From: Patescibacteria group bacterium
GTDB lineage: Bacteria; Patescibacteriota; Minisyncoccia; Phycocordibacterales; Phycocordibacteraceae
Assembly: GCA_018971045.1 (NCBI GenBank)
Contig: JAGWVF010000003.1
Span: forward strand, 42,793-106,792
Direction: 5' to 3'
Length of the DNA: 64,000 bases
The notes under the pieces are model-generated. The model made no database searches and was not told where the DNA came from. It saw only the letters and a list, made by a program, of their open reading frames with translations. The position numbers and the translations under genes were made by a program. Positions 29,306 through 38,639 of the stretch are shown in pieces (the first letter of the stretch is position 1; the number at the start of each line of letters is the position of its first letter).

Positions 29306-30160
29306 TTACTTACGAACAAGCTCCGTATCAAACCATTGCTCCTGAAAATGAATAGCCGCCATAATCTCACCATCCGTCATGGCCACGCCGCTTGGTACGA
29401 CGATGAGTTTGTCGTCGTCATTATCTTTCCTATGTGCAATAGCTATGCAAATACCGGACGCTTTTGCGAGCGGTTCCTGCACACCGAGATAATAAGCATC
29501 GAGCTCTTCGCCATCGGGTGCCTTGGTGTCAGGCACATAGCCGTAGTTCGCCTCATAGACGAAACCGTGCTTCGGATGTTTTGATCCAAGCGGTCGATCC
29601 ATCACCACTTCGACCTCCTTGCCGAGATAGTTATGGGCGAGTGCAAACGATCCTGACGGCTGTAGTTCAGCCTTCAATGCGAGAGCGCGCCGCATGAGGT
29701 GCTCGCCTATCTCTCCCCAGTCGAAATACTGTTTGATATCTGCCGGATTGATGAGCCGCATCTCTGTAACACCTTCGCCATCGCTAGAATCGGCATCCTC
29801 AACGAAAGGTCCGACGGGTTCGACGATGCAGACTGCGCGAACCTGCACCGAGAGGCGGTGCGGTTCTGTTACTTCTTGGTAGCCGATAATGCGCTGTTTG
29901 AGCACGCGCATGTTCGTCTCTTCGAGCACTTCCCGTACAATCGCTTCTTCTGCCGTCTCTCCCGGCTCTACCCCGCCGCCCGGCGGCGTCCAGTATCCCT
30001 TCCCTTCTGAATACACGATGACGAGCTGATCATCGACAAAGCAGAACGCGTGCACGCCGTGCGCCATCCGGTCACCAAGCTCTTCAAACGAGTCAAGATC
30101 CCGGTACACCACAGGCACCGTACCCAGCTTTCGCGTCTGCATCGTTGATCTGATTTCCAT
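29306..30160 (-). CDS. NUDIX hydrolase fused to family-I inorganic pyrophosphatase-like domain
   Basis: Nudix box GGGVEPGETAEEAIVREVLEETN in N-half; C-half has DRPLGSKHP...EANYGYVPDTKAPDGEELDAYYLG and GICIAIAHRKDNDDDKLIVV paralleling PPase DRP...NYGFIPxT..DGDPLDVLV / VIGVLxMxDEGExDxKIIAV. Confidence 0.6.
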   Translation of the reverse strand: MEIRSTMQTRKLGTVPVVYRDLDSFEELGDRMAHGVHAFCFVDDQLVIVYSEGKGYWTPPGGGVEPGETAEEAIVREVLEETNMRVLKQRIIGYQEVTEPHRLSVQVRAVCIVEPVGPFVEDADSSDGEGVTEMRLINPADIKQYFDWGEIGEHLMRRALALKAELQPSGSFALAHNYLGKEVEVVMDRPLGSKHPKHGFVYEANYGYVPDTKAPDGEELDAYYLGVQEPLAKASGICIAIAHRKDNDDDKLIVVPSGVAMTDGEIMAAIHFQEQWFDTELVRK

Positions 30161-30163
30161 ATC

Positions 30164-30748
30164 CTATTCTTTCGCCTTCAAGTATCCCTTGAATCCTTCC
30201 TCGTCTTTCACGCCGTGTCGCATGACAGCCTTGTAGAAATCGGTACTGATGACGCCGTCGCGATACCCCTTCCCGTCTCTCCACTTCTCCTTAAGACGGA
30301 GGATGACGAGACGTTGCTCGTCGGTACTCGCGTCGAGCTCGGAAGCGTCATAATCTCCGATCTCTCCTCGCTTCCCGAACCACATATCAACTTTCCATTC
30401 GCCAGAGGGCTGTACCGTGCGCACGCCGACGTAGTACGCATGAGGGAAATTGATACGGTCTTTCCGGAAATCTCTCCGCAACTCGCGATAATTATTGAAA
30501 TGCACCATCTGAATGATTGGCATTTTCGCGAGCACCGGGAGAAGATCTACGACTGCTTCAAGACTTGATTCTTTCATCCAAGCATGAATATCAATATCGG
30601 GCATAACCATAAGCCCGCTCTTCACGCTTCCGACAATTTCCGGTTCAGAGATTCTCCCGATAATCGAGAGCAGATCGAGGTCTTTCAAAATCCGCTGCGC
30701 CTCCTCTTGCAAAGATTGTGCCCTGACGATCAATTGTCCATCGGTCAT
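30164..30748 (-). CDS. nucleotidyltransferase-fold protein (pol-beta-like NTase superfamily)
   Basis: GSVKSGLMVMPDIDIH = GS-x9-D-x-D NTase signature near N-terminus; 194 aa. Confidence 0.45.
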   Translation of the reverse strand: MTDGQLIVRAQSLQEEAQRILKDLDLLSIIGRISEPEIVGSVKSGLMVMPDIDIHAWMKESSLEAVVDLLPVLAKMPIIQMVHFNNYRELRRDFRKDRINFPHAYYVGVRTVQPSGEWKVDMWFGKRGEIGDYDASELDASTDEQRLVILRLKEKWRDGKGYRDGVISTDFYKAVMRHGVKDEEGFKGYLKAKE

Positions 30749-31227
30749 TCAAGTATTCTACTCAAAATAAGCCTGGTCGTCTCTTCTGGTGTTTGCTTCG
30801 TAGTATCTATAGTCTCTCCAAAACTCGGGTTATGGATGCCTATATTGTAGTGATGCTTGATCCTTTCTTTTTCCCAATCATCGAGTTCCCGTGCACCTCT
30901 GTTAGTCAGAGCTTTCTCAAGCTGCGGCGCGAACGTGAACACTCGAATATCGACATTCAAATCTCTCAGATTTTCCATTAGGAAATCATAGTTCTTTTGT
31001 GAGAGCGGATATGGAACAATGACATTAAGGTCTCTTTTTACGAAATTCGTAATGATCGATATCGCATTCTCAAGATTGAGCGGGATGCTCTGCTCGAGCG
31101 GCATCCAACCAACCATCTCACGTAACGCATCAATTTCGACCACGGCGGTATGTGGCAATTCTTTGAGGAGCAACTTTGCAACCGTGCTCTTCCCGGCGTT
31201 GATTGAGCCATTGAGGAAAATGATCAT
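30745..31227 (-). CDS. P-loop NTPase/kinase (AAA_33/zeta-toxin-like small kinase)
   Basis: Walker A GSINAGKST at residues 7-15; 160 aa; 4-bp overlaps with both neighbours. Confidence 0.5.
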   Translation of the reverse strand: MIIFLNGSINAGKSTVAKLLLKELPHTAVVEIDALREMVGWMPLEQSIPLNLENAISIITNFVKRDLNVIVPYPLSQKNYDFLMENLRDLNVDIRVFTFAPQLEKALTNRGARELDDWEKERIKHHYNIGIHNPSFGETIDTTKQTPEETTRLILSRILE

Positions 31228-32279
31228 GGCGAGAAAGTAGCATATATTTTCCGTGCTTTTCCGTCGATGCGAATACGTCCGCCGTACGGTAATGATATCT
31301 GCGGACTGGTATGGCCTATGTCGAGATTCTGTATCATGGGGATTGTCGGGTTGTATGCGCGGACAGCCTTGAGGATGGTCTCACGCTGTTCTGCACGATA
31401 GGCGGCCTGCCAAGCTTCGTCGTGCTCGTTGCCGAACTCCCACGCTTTGGGTCTTCCCACAAGTACACCCTTAACGCGCGCAAGAATACCTCGTTCCCCA
31501 AGCGCTCGGTATACGCGAAAGACATAGTCTGCTGGCGGCATCTCTTCCGACGTCTCGGTAAAAAGGATTATGTTCTCGAACTCATCAAGCGACGGGGTAG
31601 TCGTACCGTGTCGGAGCATCTCATCGATGGATTCGAGACATCCTCCCCAACTTATACCGTCAGCATCCTTTCCTCCGTCCCAGTACCACCCCTCGTTCGG
31701 CAGAAATGTCTCGAACTTCTCAAGATTCGCGGGATCGTTCCAATCGAGTCCCATATCCGAGAACGTCGGGCTCGATTCGAGCTCGTATTCTCCTGATTCA
31801 AAGAGGGCGATATTCAAGTATTTCAGCGTGAAGTCGTCAATCTTCCCCTCCATCGCGAATTGAGTGAAGAGCGCGCCACCGTAGTACGACGCGATTCCCT
31901 GTTGCCAGAGGAAGTTCTCGAGATGCGTGTTGTCGCTGTAGCCGAACACCGGCTTCGGATTGTGCGCAAATGGTTCAGGCGGAAGATTCTTGATGTAGGT
32001 CACCTGGTCGTCACCGCCAAGCGAGGTGATGATCCCTTTGATCGTCGAATCCTCAAACGCGGCGACTAGGTCGGCCGCGCGCTCCTTGCCAGACGCGCCG
32101 AGCTTGGCTGTTGTTGGAAATGCAACTGGCTCGAGGCCAAAATCTTCTCGCAGACGCTTAAGCCCGAGTTCATACACGTGAGGGAATCTGCCGGGCGCAG
32201 CGAACGAGGGCGAAAGGATGGCAACCCGATCACCTCGTTTCAGCTTGGGCGGTGTAACCAGCTTTTTCATGCAATTCAT
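31224..32279 (-). CDS. S66-family LD-carboxypeptidase (MccF-like)
   Basis: 351 aa; RGDRVAILSPS N-terminal block, nucleophile motif FGYSDNTHL, two-domain size typical of S66. Confidence 0.7.
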   Translation of the reverse strand: MNCMKKLVTPPKLKRGDRVAILSPSFAAPGRFPHVYELGLKRLREDFGLEPVAFPTTAKLGASGKERAADLVAAFEDSTIKGIITSLGGDDQVTYIKNLPPEPFAHNPKPVFGYSDNTHLENFLWQQGIASYYGGALFTQFAMEGKIDDFTLKYLNIALFESGEYELESSPTFSDMGLDWNDPANLEKFETFLPNEGWYWDGGKDADGISWGGCLESIDEMLRHGTTTPSLDEFENIILFTETSEEMPPADYVFRVYRALGERGILARVKGVLVGRPKAWEFGNEHDEAWQAAYRAEQRETILKAVRAYNPTIPMIQNLDIGHTSPQISLPYGGRIRIDGKARKIYATFSP

Positions 32280-32386
32280 TATACTTCGTATCGAAGATTT
32301 CGTACCATACTGCCCCTAGGGCCGACCAGTACCGGTTCTTGGTGTCACAATCGCACTGCGCTGGTAGCATGAGATCTCGCAACCTA

Positions 32387-32977
32387 CTACCGACGGGCGA
32401 GAAATGGGTTTGGCTCATCAAAAGTGAGATGTATGACAGTGTCTTTGGAAAGATTGTCAGGATGAATACCGTAAACCATCTCATATATCTCACCTGCTCC
32501 ACAGAATTTCGCACTTTCCCAATCAAAACCTAGTTTCTCGGCGGCGGATCTCACCTGTTCTTCGTCAGGTCCTTCGATTTCAACATATGGCTTTAAATGC
32601 GGCCACGTATCGATGTCGACCTCCACGCCATCGAGTTCCCATCTCTCTCGAAGAGTCTCCGAATAGTTCGTCATCCGCGCTCCAAGCGCTTTCATAAATT
32701 CAGCACCGCGTTCCATATCTGAGATTGTAAATTCAACTTCTTTTTGTTGGTCTATGGTCGCCTCGGGCGGGATCTTCTTATACGCCATAGTCACCTTATC
32801 GCCTTCGTCCCGTACTCGCACCCATTCCCAAAAATCTCGACCGAGACTTTGCAAATCGAAATTCACGCGGCGCTGCTTGTATTCGTTGCGTAAAAGATTC
32901 GCGCCAAGCGCTTTAAGCTTATTTCTGAACGCGTCCTTATCGACATCTAGAAATGTCGCCTCGTATTCCGTCTGCAT
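32387..32977 (-). CDS. CYTH-domain protein (class IV adenylyl cyclase / triphosphate tunnel metalloenzyme-like)
   Basis: 196 aa; N-terminal EYEATFLDVD (ExE tunnel motif), alternating charged beta-strands typical of CYTH. Confidence 0.5.
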   Translation of the reverse strand: MQTEYEATFLDVDKDAFRNKLKALGANLLRNEYKQRRVNFDLQSLGRDFWEWVRVRDEGDKVTMAYKKIPPEATIDQQKEVEFTISDMERGAEFMKALGARMTNYSETLRERWELDGVEVDIDTWPHLKPYVEIEGPDEEQVRSAAEKLGFDWESAKFCGAGEIYEMVYGIHPDNLSKDTVIHLTFDEPNPFLARR

Positions 32978-33077
32978 GGTGCAATAGTATCATTTCATAC
33001 TGTTAGGGATGGGTCGGCCTTCTAGTATTTGCGGCCTTTGGCCGCTTTCGTAGCATAAATCGGTATAGAATAGGATT

Positions 33078-33989
33078 ATGAACATCTTCCGAAGTCAGCT
33101 CGTCACATATCTGCGCACACTCCTTCCTGCTATGGGTGAAGCGAACGTGTCGTTCCCACCGCAAGGCATGAGTAGCCATGTGTTTTTCTTAACCTCCGGC
33201 GATACGGCGTACGCGGTGAAATACGGTCCTGATGCAACCAAAGACGTGCCCACCCTCACGCTTATTCACGAGTGCGGTACCCGGGTGCCGGTGCCCGAGG
33301 TGGTAACCGAGTTCGTTTTCGAAAGCGTACCCGTTTTGGTTATGACATGCATTCAATTTCCGCTACTTGATACGGTGGCAGTGACCGAGCTTCCGCTCTA
33401 TATTCCGAGCATGGTATCCGTGATGCGCAAGCTCCACACGATTACGAATCCGGTGCCACGCGTACTCTCCGCGGCAAAAGATCTTCCCTCGTGGCAAGAG
33501 TATCTGCTCGCGCAATTCGATGGCCGGACGATCGATTGGACTGAAGTACTCGACCGCCCAACGCTCGATCGCGCGCTCGTCGCCGAAGCGCTTGCACGGC
33601 ATCACGCCACACTCTCCACCTTCGAGCTCAAGCTGCCCGAGTATGCCCTGCTCCACACAGACTTCAATCAGCGCAACTTGTTTGTCAATTCAACAACAAG
33701 ATCTATCAGCGGTGTCATCGACTGGGAAGATGCCGTGTTCGGCGATCCGATATATGATTTTTCCCGCATACGCATGCTCCTTTGGCACTTCGATCTTCCT
33801 GATTCGGTCGTGCGGACATACGACGAGCTCATGCGCTATACCGATGCCGAGCACAGGCGCGAGCGTCTCTACTGGACCGGACGAGTCATCCAATATCTCG
33901 CGTGGTATTCCGAGGAGGATACGCCGTTTAATACCGCACGCATTGCATTGCATCAAAAATACTTGCACACATTGCTGAATAACCCATAA
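33078..33989 (+). CDS. aminoglycoside/choline-kinase-type phosphotransferase (APH family)
   Basis: Brenner motif HTDFNQRN and VIDWEDAVFGDPIYD (DxE...GDP) block. Confidence 0.65.
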   Translation: MNIFRSQLVTYLRTLLPAMGEANVSFPPQGMSSHVFFLTSGDTAYAVKYGPDATKDVPTLTLIHECGTRVPVPEVVTEFVFESVPVLVMTCIQFPLLDTVAVTELPLYIPSMVSVMRKLHTITNPVPRVLSAAKDLPSWQEYLLAQFDGRTIDWTEVLDRPTLDRALVAEALARHHATLSTFELKLPEYALLHTDFNQRNLFVNSTTRSISGVIDWEDAVFGDPIYDFSRIRMLLWHFDLPDSVVRTYDELMRYTDAEHRRERLYWTGRVIQYLAWYSEEDTPFNTARIALHQKYLHTLLNNP

Positions 33990-34011
33990 AACACATGATT
34001 ATCGTCAGTAG

Positions 34012-34371
34012 TCAGCCAACTTTCGCAATCCGTATCCCCACGACGCCGTACTTCTGCTCGTCTTCCTTTGAATAGAACTGTCGTATCTGATTGAGCAGAA
34101 ATTCTCGGCTTTCACCACCGAAAAGAGAAGGATCGAGGTCTGCAAAAAGCTCTTTGAACGATTGATGCCGAAGAAGTCCTACGACCTTCGCGCGTACCTT
34201 ATTCTCGGGATGCTTGCTCTCGCTGAATTCAATCTCGTCGCCGAGCGCGATCTGCTGGCGCTTTTCGTCGTAGAGGCGCGACTCAACGACCTTCGTGCCA
34301 GAAGCAATCTGGTTGAACGGCTCTGTCGATAATTTCATCTCGTGTTGCATACGTTTTTTATCAGACTCCAT
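34012..34371 (-). CDS. ASCH-domain protein
   Basis: 119 aa; EPFNQIASGTKVVESR...GDEIEF pattern of ASCH/PUA-like fold. Confidence 0.5.
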   Translation of the reverse strand: MESDKKRMQHEMKLSTEPFNQIASGTKVVESRLYDEKRQQIALGDEIEFSESKHPENKVRAKVVGLLRHQSFKELFADLDPSLFGGESREFLLNQIRQFYSKEDEQKYGVVGIRIAKVG

Positions 34372-34700
34372 GGTGGTTGCAGGGGGCCGACATATACTTT
34401 AGGACCCCCGAATTGATCTGCAGTAATATCAATAACGGTTTTGTCGGCGACTAAGAACGTATGATCATACTCTCCATACTTCCCTTGGGTAACTTCTCCT
34501 CCCAATCTCTTTTGGAGATACAAAGATGCAAGACCGCAGTTCCCATCTGGGAAGATATCTTTTGCTTTGCTTACAAAACGCGCAGTATCACCAACGTCTG
34601 TATAATTTCGATATAGCTCAATGAGCAAGTCTTGGTTGATCGATCCAGCCTCGAACTGTCTTCGAGCCTCAAACGCCGCCTTTTTATTGGAAACGCTCAT
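34335..34700 (-). CDS. hypothetical protein
   Basis: 121-aa ORF, codon usage consistent with neighbours, 37-bp overlap with ASCH gene; no recognisable motif. Confidence 0.3.
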   Translation of the reverse strand: MSVSNKKAAFEARRQFEAGSINQDLLIELYRNYTDVGDTARFVSKAKDIFPDGNCGLASLYLQKRLGGEVTQGKYGEYDHTFLVADKTVIDITADQFGGPKVYVGPLQPPWSLIKNVCNTR

Positions 34701-34788
34701 AAAATGATGGCCTCATCGGAAACCCGATGAGGCCATTTTAACATACCGCTCGCGTTTATCTTTTCAAGACCCTTAGAGATTCTGATTT

Positions 34789-35451
34789 TTGCTATACTTA
34801 CAGGACTACATGAAAAGAGTATATTTCATACGTCACGGAGAAAGTGAAGGGAACGCGGGACCCTTACGACGAGGGGCTGACGCTCCCTTGACTGAGCGGG
34901 GCAGAAATCAAGTATTGTCAGTGGTGAGCCGCCTTGCGACACTTCCCGTCGAGACTATTATCATCAGTAGTACCGATGTTCGTGCAAAAGAGACCGCAGA
35001 AATCATTCAGGATGCGTTACATAAAAACGTGACTGTATCCGAGCTATTTGTTGAGCGGCGGCGGCCTTCGGAGGTTTTTGGGCAACTTAAGAATTCTCCC
35101 ATATCGCGTCGTGTGGGTGATGCCATTAGAATAAATTTTCATATACCCGGATATCGCTTTTCCGATGAGGAAAACTTCGACGATCTAAAAAATCGAGCAC
35201 ACAAAGCGCTCACATTTCTATCTGAACAATCAGAATCTTCTTTAATTTGTGTAACGCATGGGTTTTTCATACGCATCCTCATCGCGTATGCACTACACAG
35301 CGAAACTTTGACGAGCGAAATTTGTGAACATCTCATACGCGCTCTAAATATGGAAAATGCGGGGATAACGATCCTTGATTACAACGAGGAGGACACTTCA
35401 TGGAAGCTTTTGACTTGGAATGATCACTCGCATTTATCAGAATCCGTTTAG
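34789..35451 (+). CDS. histidine phosphatase (phosphoglycerate mutase-like) family protein
   Basis: RHG catalytic motif VYFIRHGESEGN near N-terminus; CVTHGFFIR second His block. Confidence 0.75.
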   Translation: MLYLQDYMKRVYFIRHGESEGNAGPLRRGADAPLTERGRNQVLSVVSRLATLPVETIIISSTDVRAKETAEIIQDALHKNVTVSELFVERRRPSEVFGQLKNSPISRRVGDAIRINFHIPGYRFSDEENFDDLKNRAHKALTFLSEQSESSLICVTHGFFIRILIAYALHSETLTSEICEHLIRALNMENAGITILDYNEEDTSWKLLTWNDHSHLSESV

Positions 35452-35596
35452 TAATTAGGAACCTTGATCCCTTACGCTCGCCAATCGTTAAACAGATATT
35501 TGAAAATATCGGCAACGACAGGTGGAGTGGCCGCCAGGTATATGGGTGGCCTGGAGGCGCAACATACGCCGCGACTTTTGCGCACGTGATGCCGAG

Positions 35597-35661
35597 CGGT
35601 ACCGTACTCGTCCCGACGGGGGACGGTATTGGTTCCTGGCGTCACAACCGTGTTGCGGGGG
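35597..35661 (+). repeat. intergenic hairpin repeat, copy R1 (family of three)
   Basis: cggtaccgtactcgtcccgacgggggacggtattggttcctggcgtcacaaccgtgttgcggggg; 63/65 identical to R2; imperfect palindrome GGTACCGTAC...GTCCC/GGGAC...GGTA; lies between convergent genes. Confidence 0.7.
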
Positions 35662-35696
35662 TCATAGACGAATCGGACTTTCTACGACCTAGATGC

Positions 35697-36257
35697 TCAA
35701 GTTCGATTCCTGTCCCCATTTTCGCGTATCATTTCTTCATATTCATGAATAGATGATAGTCCCATCTCTGCTCGCCGCGTGTCGATCTCTCGCGGATCTT
35801 CAAAGGGAAAGAATGATATGGATCCATCCTCGTTTATCGCGCTGTATTGCGTCCCGTACCGTTGCGGCCTCCCTTCCCGCACCAGCAATTTGTCGGTGAT
35901 AAATGCCGCATGAGACGTGTCAACGTCCTCTGTCTCAGAGGCAAGGATGGCATTTGCAACTTGATCCATAAATCCAGGATCGTCGGAATGCAAGACGAGC
36001 GCAATGAATGCCCGGTAGGCATCCTCACCAACAAGTCGTATCTTTGGAAATTCGATTTCAAATATCCTGCGCGCCTCTTCTGTGCGTGCATGAATCGCGT
36101 TATTTATATCTTCAAGACTTAGCGTCCCTGCTTTATATTGTTTTAAGTCCTCCTGATCCTCCGCGAGCAACTGGAGAAGATGCTCAGATAATCCAAAGTC
36201 TCTCATGTTTCGATTCTCGTGCTCGTTATTTTGATATTGAGCTTTGGTACTCAGCAA
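35697..36257 (-). CDS. hypothetical protein
   Basis: 186 aa, acidic; overlaps upstream NTase gene by 32 bp; no family recognised. Confidence 0.35.
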   Translation of the reverse strand: MLSTKAQYQNNEHENRNMRDFGLSEHLLQLLAEDQEDLKQYKAGTLSLEDINNAIHARTEEARRIFEIEFPKIRLVGEDAYRAFIALVLHSDDPGFMDQVANAILASETEDVDTSHAAFITDKLLVREGRPQRYGTQYSAINEDGSISFFPFEDPREIDTRRAEMGLSSIHEYEEMIRENGDRNRT

Positions 36258-36639
36258 TAAGTTCTATGTCGCGGAAGTCTTTCGGTCTGGCGAGTATGCG
36301 CTTTATTTCGACGAGTTTCTCGAGCGGCAGAAATGGTATGCCGTCAATCATCTGTGAATCGGCAATAAGCGCGGCGGGGTCAGGATGATGGCCGCCGTAC
36401 CAGAAGTCCCTATAGACCTCCACTTCTCCACGACTAAGCCGTTCCCGTATCCGTCCTTCTATCTCGATTTTCTCAAATGTCCAACCCGCAACGCGAAGCT
36501 CATCGAACACGCGCGGCGACACGATCAGGTCTATGTCGCCGATTTCTCGAATACCGAGCGCTCCAAGAATTCCACTTCCAAACACAAGATACTCTCCGTC
36601 TGGCAGATTGAGCTCCCTCACTTTTTCAGACACGTTCAT
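36226..36639 (-). CDS. nucleotidyltransferase-fold protein (minimal NTase/MNT-like)
   Basis: 137 aa; GSGILGALGIREIGDIDLIV = GS...D-x-D NTase motif. Confidence 0.5.
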   Translation of the reverse strand: MNVSEKVRELNLPDGEYLVFGSGILGALGIREIGDIDLIVSPRVFDELRVAGWTFEKIEIEGRIRERLSRGEVEVYRDFWYGGHHPDPAALIADSQMIDGIPFLPLEKLVEIKRILARPKDFRDIELIAEYQSSISK

Positions 36640-36756
36640 ATGATGAATGTATCATCAAAACAAAGGAAAAGCTCGCCACTTTTTTATAGTGCGCAATAAC
36701 CGCTTGACTAATCGGATACTTTCGGATAGTATCGGATATATAGTCAATATACACAT

Positions 36757-37803
36757 ATGGAAGATCGCCTCTCAAAACGCATCAAGCTCACCCCGAGCAT
36801 TCTGAAGAAAATCGCCTTCATCGACGAGTTCAAAGGCCGCTGGCGCGGCACGGCTGAGATGAGCCCGAAGATACTCGACCGTCTGCGCGCCTCGGTCATC
36901 ATCACCTCGACCGGATCCTCAACCCGCATCGAAGGTTCGGCTCTAAGCGACGAAGAAGTCGCGCGGCTCCTACGAGGGTTAAAATCGAAGCCGCCGGTCG
37001 GTCGTGACGAAGAAGAGGTTGCCGGGTATGCCGATCTTCTTGGTCGGATATTCGATCACTATTCTGACCTTTCACTATCCGAGAGCCGCATTCTCCAGTT
37101 CCATGAGATTCTCCTCCACTACGCCAAGAAGGACGCGCTCCACAAGGGCGCGTACAAGACGACCGACAATGTCGTCGTAATGCGCGGCGAGAAGGGCGAG
37201 GAGATTGTCCTCTTCCGTCCCACTCCACCGTACCTCGTGAAGAAGGAGATGGATGACTCCATTGCATGGTTTGATGACGCGCACGACCAGCATCCGCTTC
37301 TCGCCATCGCCAACTTCATCTTCGAGTTTCTCGTGATCCACCCTTTCCACGACGGGAATGGGCGACTCTCGCGTGCGCTCACGAATCTGTTCCTCTTGCG
37401 CGCCGGATACGGCTATACTCCCTCTGTTTCGCTCGACGAGATTATCGAAGAGCGCAAGACTGATTATTATCTCGCCCTCCGCCAGACACAGAAACATCAC
37501 AAGACAGACAACGAGGACATTACGCCCTGGACTGAGTTCTTGCTCGATGCGCTCCTTGAGCAGTCGATGCGCGCCGAGAAGCTCCTCGGAGAGAAACATC
37601 CGGAGATGCTTCTCTCGTCCAAGCAACTCGCTGTTTTTGAGCTCTTCGCAGGTGGCGAGGAGCTCTCGGTGCGCGAGATATACGATCGCCTCGATGGCGC
37701 TATCGCCGTGCCGACCATCAAGAAGACTCTTCTGCGTCTTATGAGCCATCTGCTTATCATGCGTCTCGGCCAAGGTCGCGCAACACGGTATCGTAAGATA
37801 TAA
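36757..37803 (+). CDS. Fic/DOC family protein (AMPylator-type)
   Basis: Canonical Fic motif HPFHDGNGRLSRAL; 348 aa with C-terminal winged-helix-like segment. Confidence 0.85.
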   Translation: MEDRLSKRIKLTPSILKKIAFIDEFKGRWRGTAEMSPKILDRLRASVIITSTGSSTRIEGSALSDEEVARLLRGLKSKPPVGRDEEEVAGYADLLGRIFDHYSDLSLSESRILQFHEILLHYAKKDALHKGAYKTTDNVVVMRGEKGEEIVLFRPTPPYLVKKEMDDSIAWFDDAHDQHPLLAIANFIFEFLVIHPFHDGNGRLSRALTNLFLLRAGYGYTPSVSLDEIIEERKTDYYLALRQTQKHHKTDNEDITPWTEFLLDALLEQSMRAEKLLGEKHPEMLLSSKQLAVFELFAGGEELSVREIYDRLDGAIAVPTIKKTLLRLMSHLLIMRLGQGRATRYRKI

Positions 37804-37805
37804 AT

Positions 37806-38282
37806 ATGAACTTAAATCTGACCAAAGAAGAGTTCGTCGAATTGCTCCAGGTCGTGTATTTAGGTACCTATGTCCGCAACGCGGTACGCGAGCAAGAAGG
37901 AGAATACGACCACGCACGAGATGAGGCGCTGGGAAATAGGTTATATCGCATTGCTCTCGAACTCGGAGTACCGGGGATTGAACAGGATGAAAAGTACAAG
38001 TATGTCGGACCATCAAACGCTCTCGAGAAGGAATGGCACGATATCATCGAAGCGTATGAGGAGGATGAATTCTGGCACGAGCTTGAGGTTCTCCTTGGGA
38101 AACGCGACTTCTATCGAACGATGACACGAGAGGATTCCGAGACTCTGGAGAAAACCGGCTGGCTGCCTGAAAGAATTCACGACCTTTATGAGAAATATGC
38201 CGATGAATTCGAGAAATTCGGAATTGAGCGTCTCGAGATTAATAAAAATGCTCCGATCTCAGACGTGCGGGACTTGCTGTAG
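37806..38282 (+). CDS. hypothetical acidic protein (co-transcribed with Fic)
   Basis: 158 aa, starts 3 nt after Fic stop; Glu/Asp-rich; followed by strong terminator. Confidence 0.35.
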   Translation: MNLNLTKEEFVELLQVVYLGTYVRNAVREQEGEYDHARDEALGNRLYRIALELGVPGIEQDEKYKYVGPSNALEKEWHDIIEAYEEDEFWHELEVLLGKRDFYRTMTREDSETLEKTGWLPERIHDLYEKYADEFEKFGIERLEINKNAPISDVRDLL

Positions 38283-38290
38283 TATTTAAA

Positions 38291-38330
38291 CACGAAAGCC
38301 GCGGCATACGTCGCGGCTTTCGTGTTCTTT
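38291..38330 (+). terminator. Rho-independent terminator
   Basis: cacgaaagccgcg-gcatacgt-cgcggctttcgtg 13-bp GC-rich stem followed by TTCTTT, 9 nt after stop of 37806..38282. Confidence 0.6.
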
Positions 38331-38347
38331 CGGAGCCAGATGCCTGT

Positions 38348-38463
38348 CGGTACCGTACTCGTCCCGACGAGGGACGGTATTGGTTCCTAGCGTCACAACC
38401 GTGTTGCCCGAGACGATACCGTACCAGACCATACAAGGTATATAAGGGTTCCTTGGTGACACT
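38348..38463 (+). repeat. intergenic hairpin repeat, copy R2 plus a degenerate tandem second unit
   Basis: 38348..38408 near-identical to R1; 38412..38463 (gataccgtaccagacc...gggttccttggtgacactcc) is a diverged second copy of the same unit. Confidence 0.65.
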
Positions 38464-38639
38464 CCTCCCTCTTTATTTTATGGGGGTCGGTATGGCTCGG
38501 CTTTCAAACATTTGCAACGTCTTCGCTTGCTTTAAGCGGCCGAATAAGGGCGGCAGTACCGTACCCAGCAAATACATAGGACTACCCTATGTAGACCTCG
38601 ATACTACAATCGACTCAAGGATAGATTTCTATACCTTCA

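Noticed and set aside
35661-35721. GTTCGATTCC T-loop-like sequence downstream of R1, tested as a second tRNA
   Set aside because: No acceptor or anticodon stem could be paired in either orientation. Any cloverleaf would need ~100 nt.
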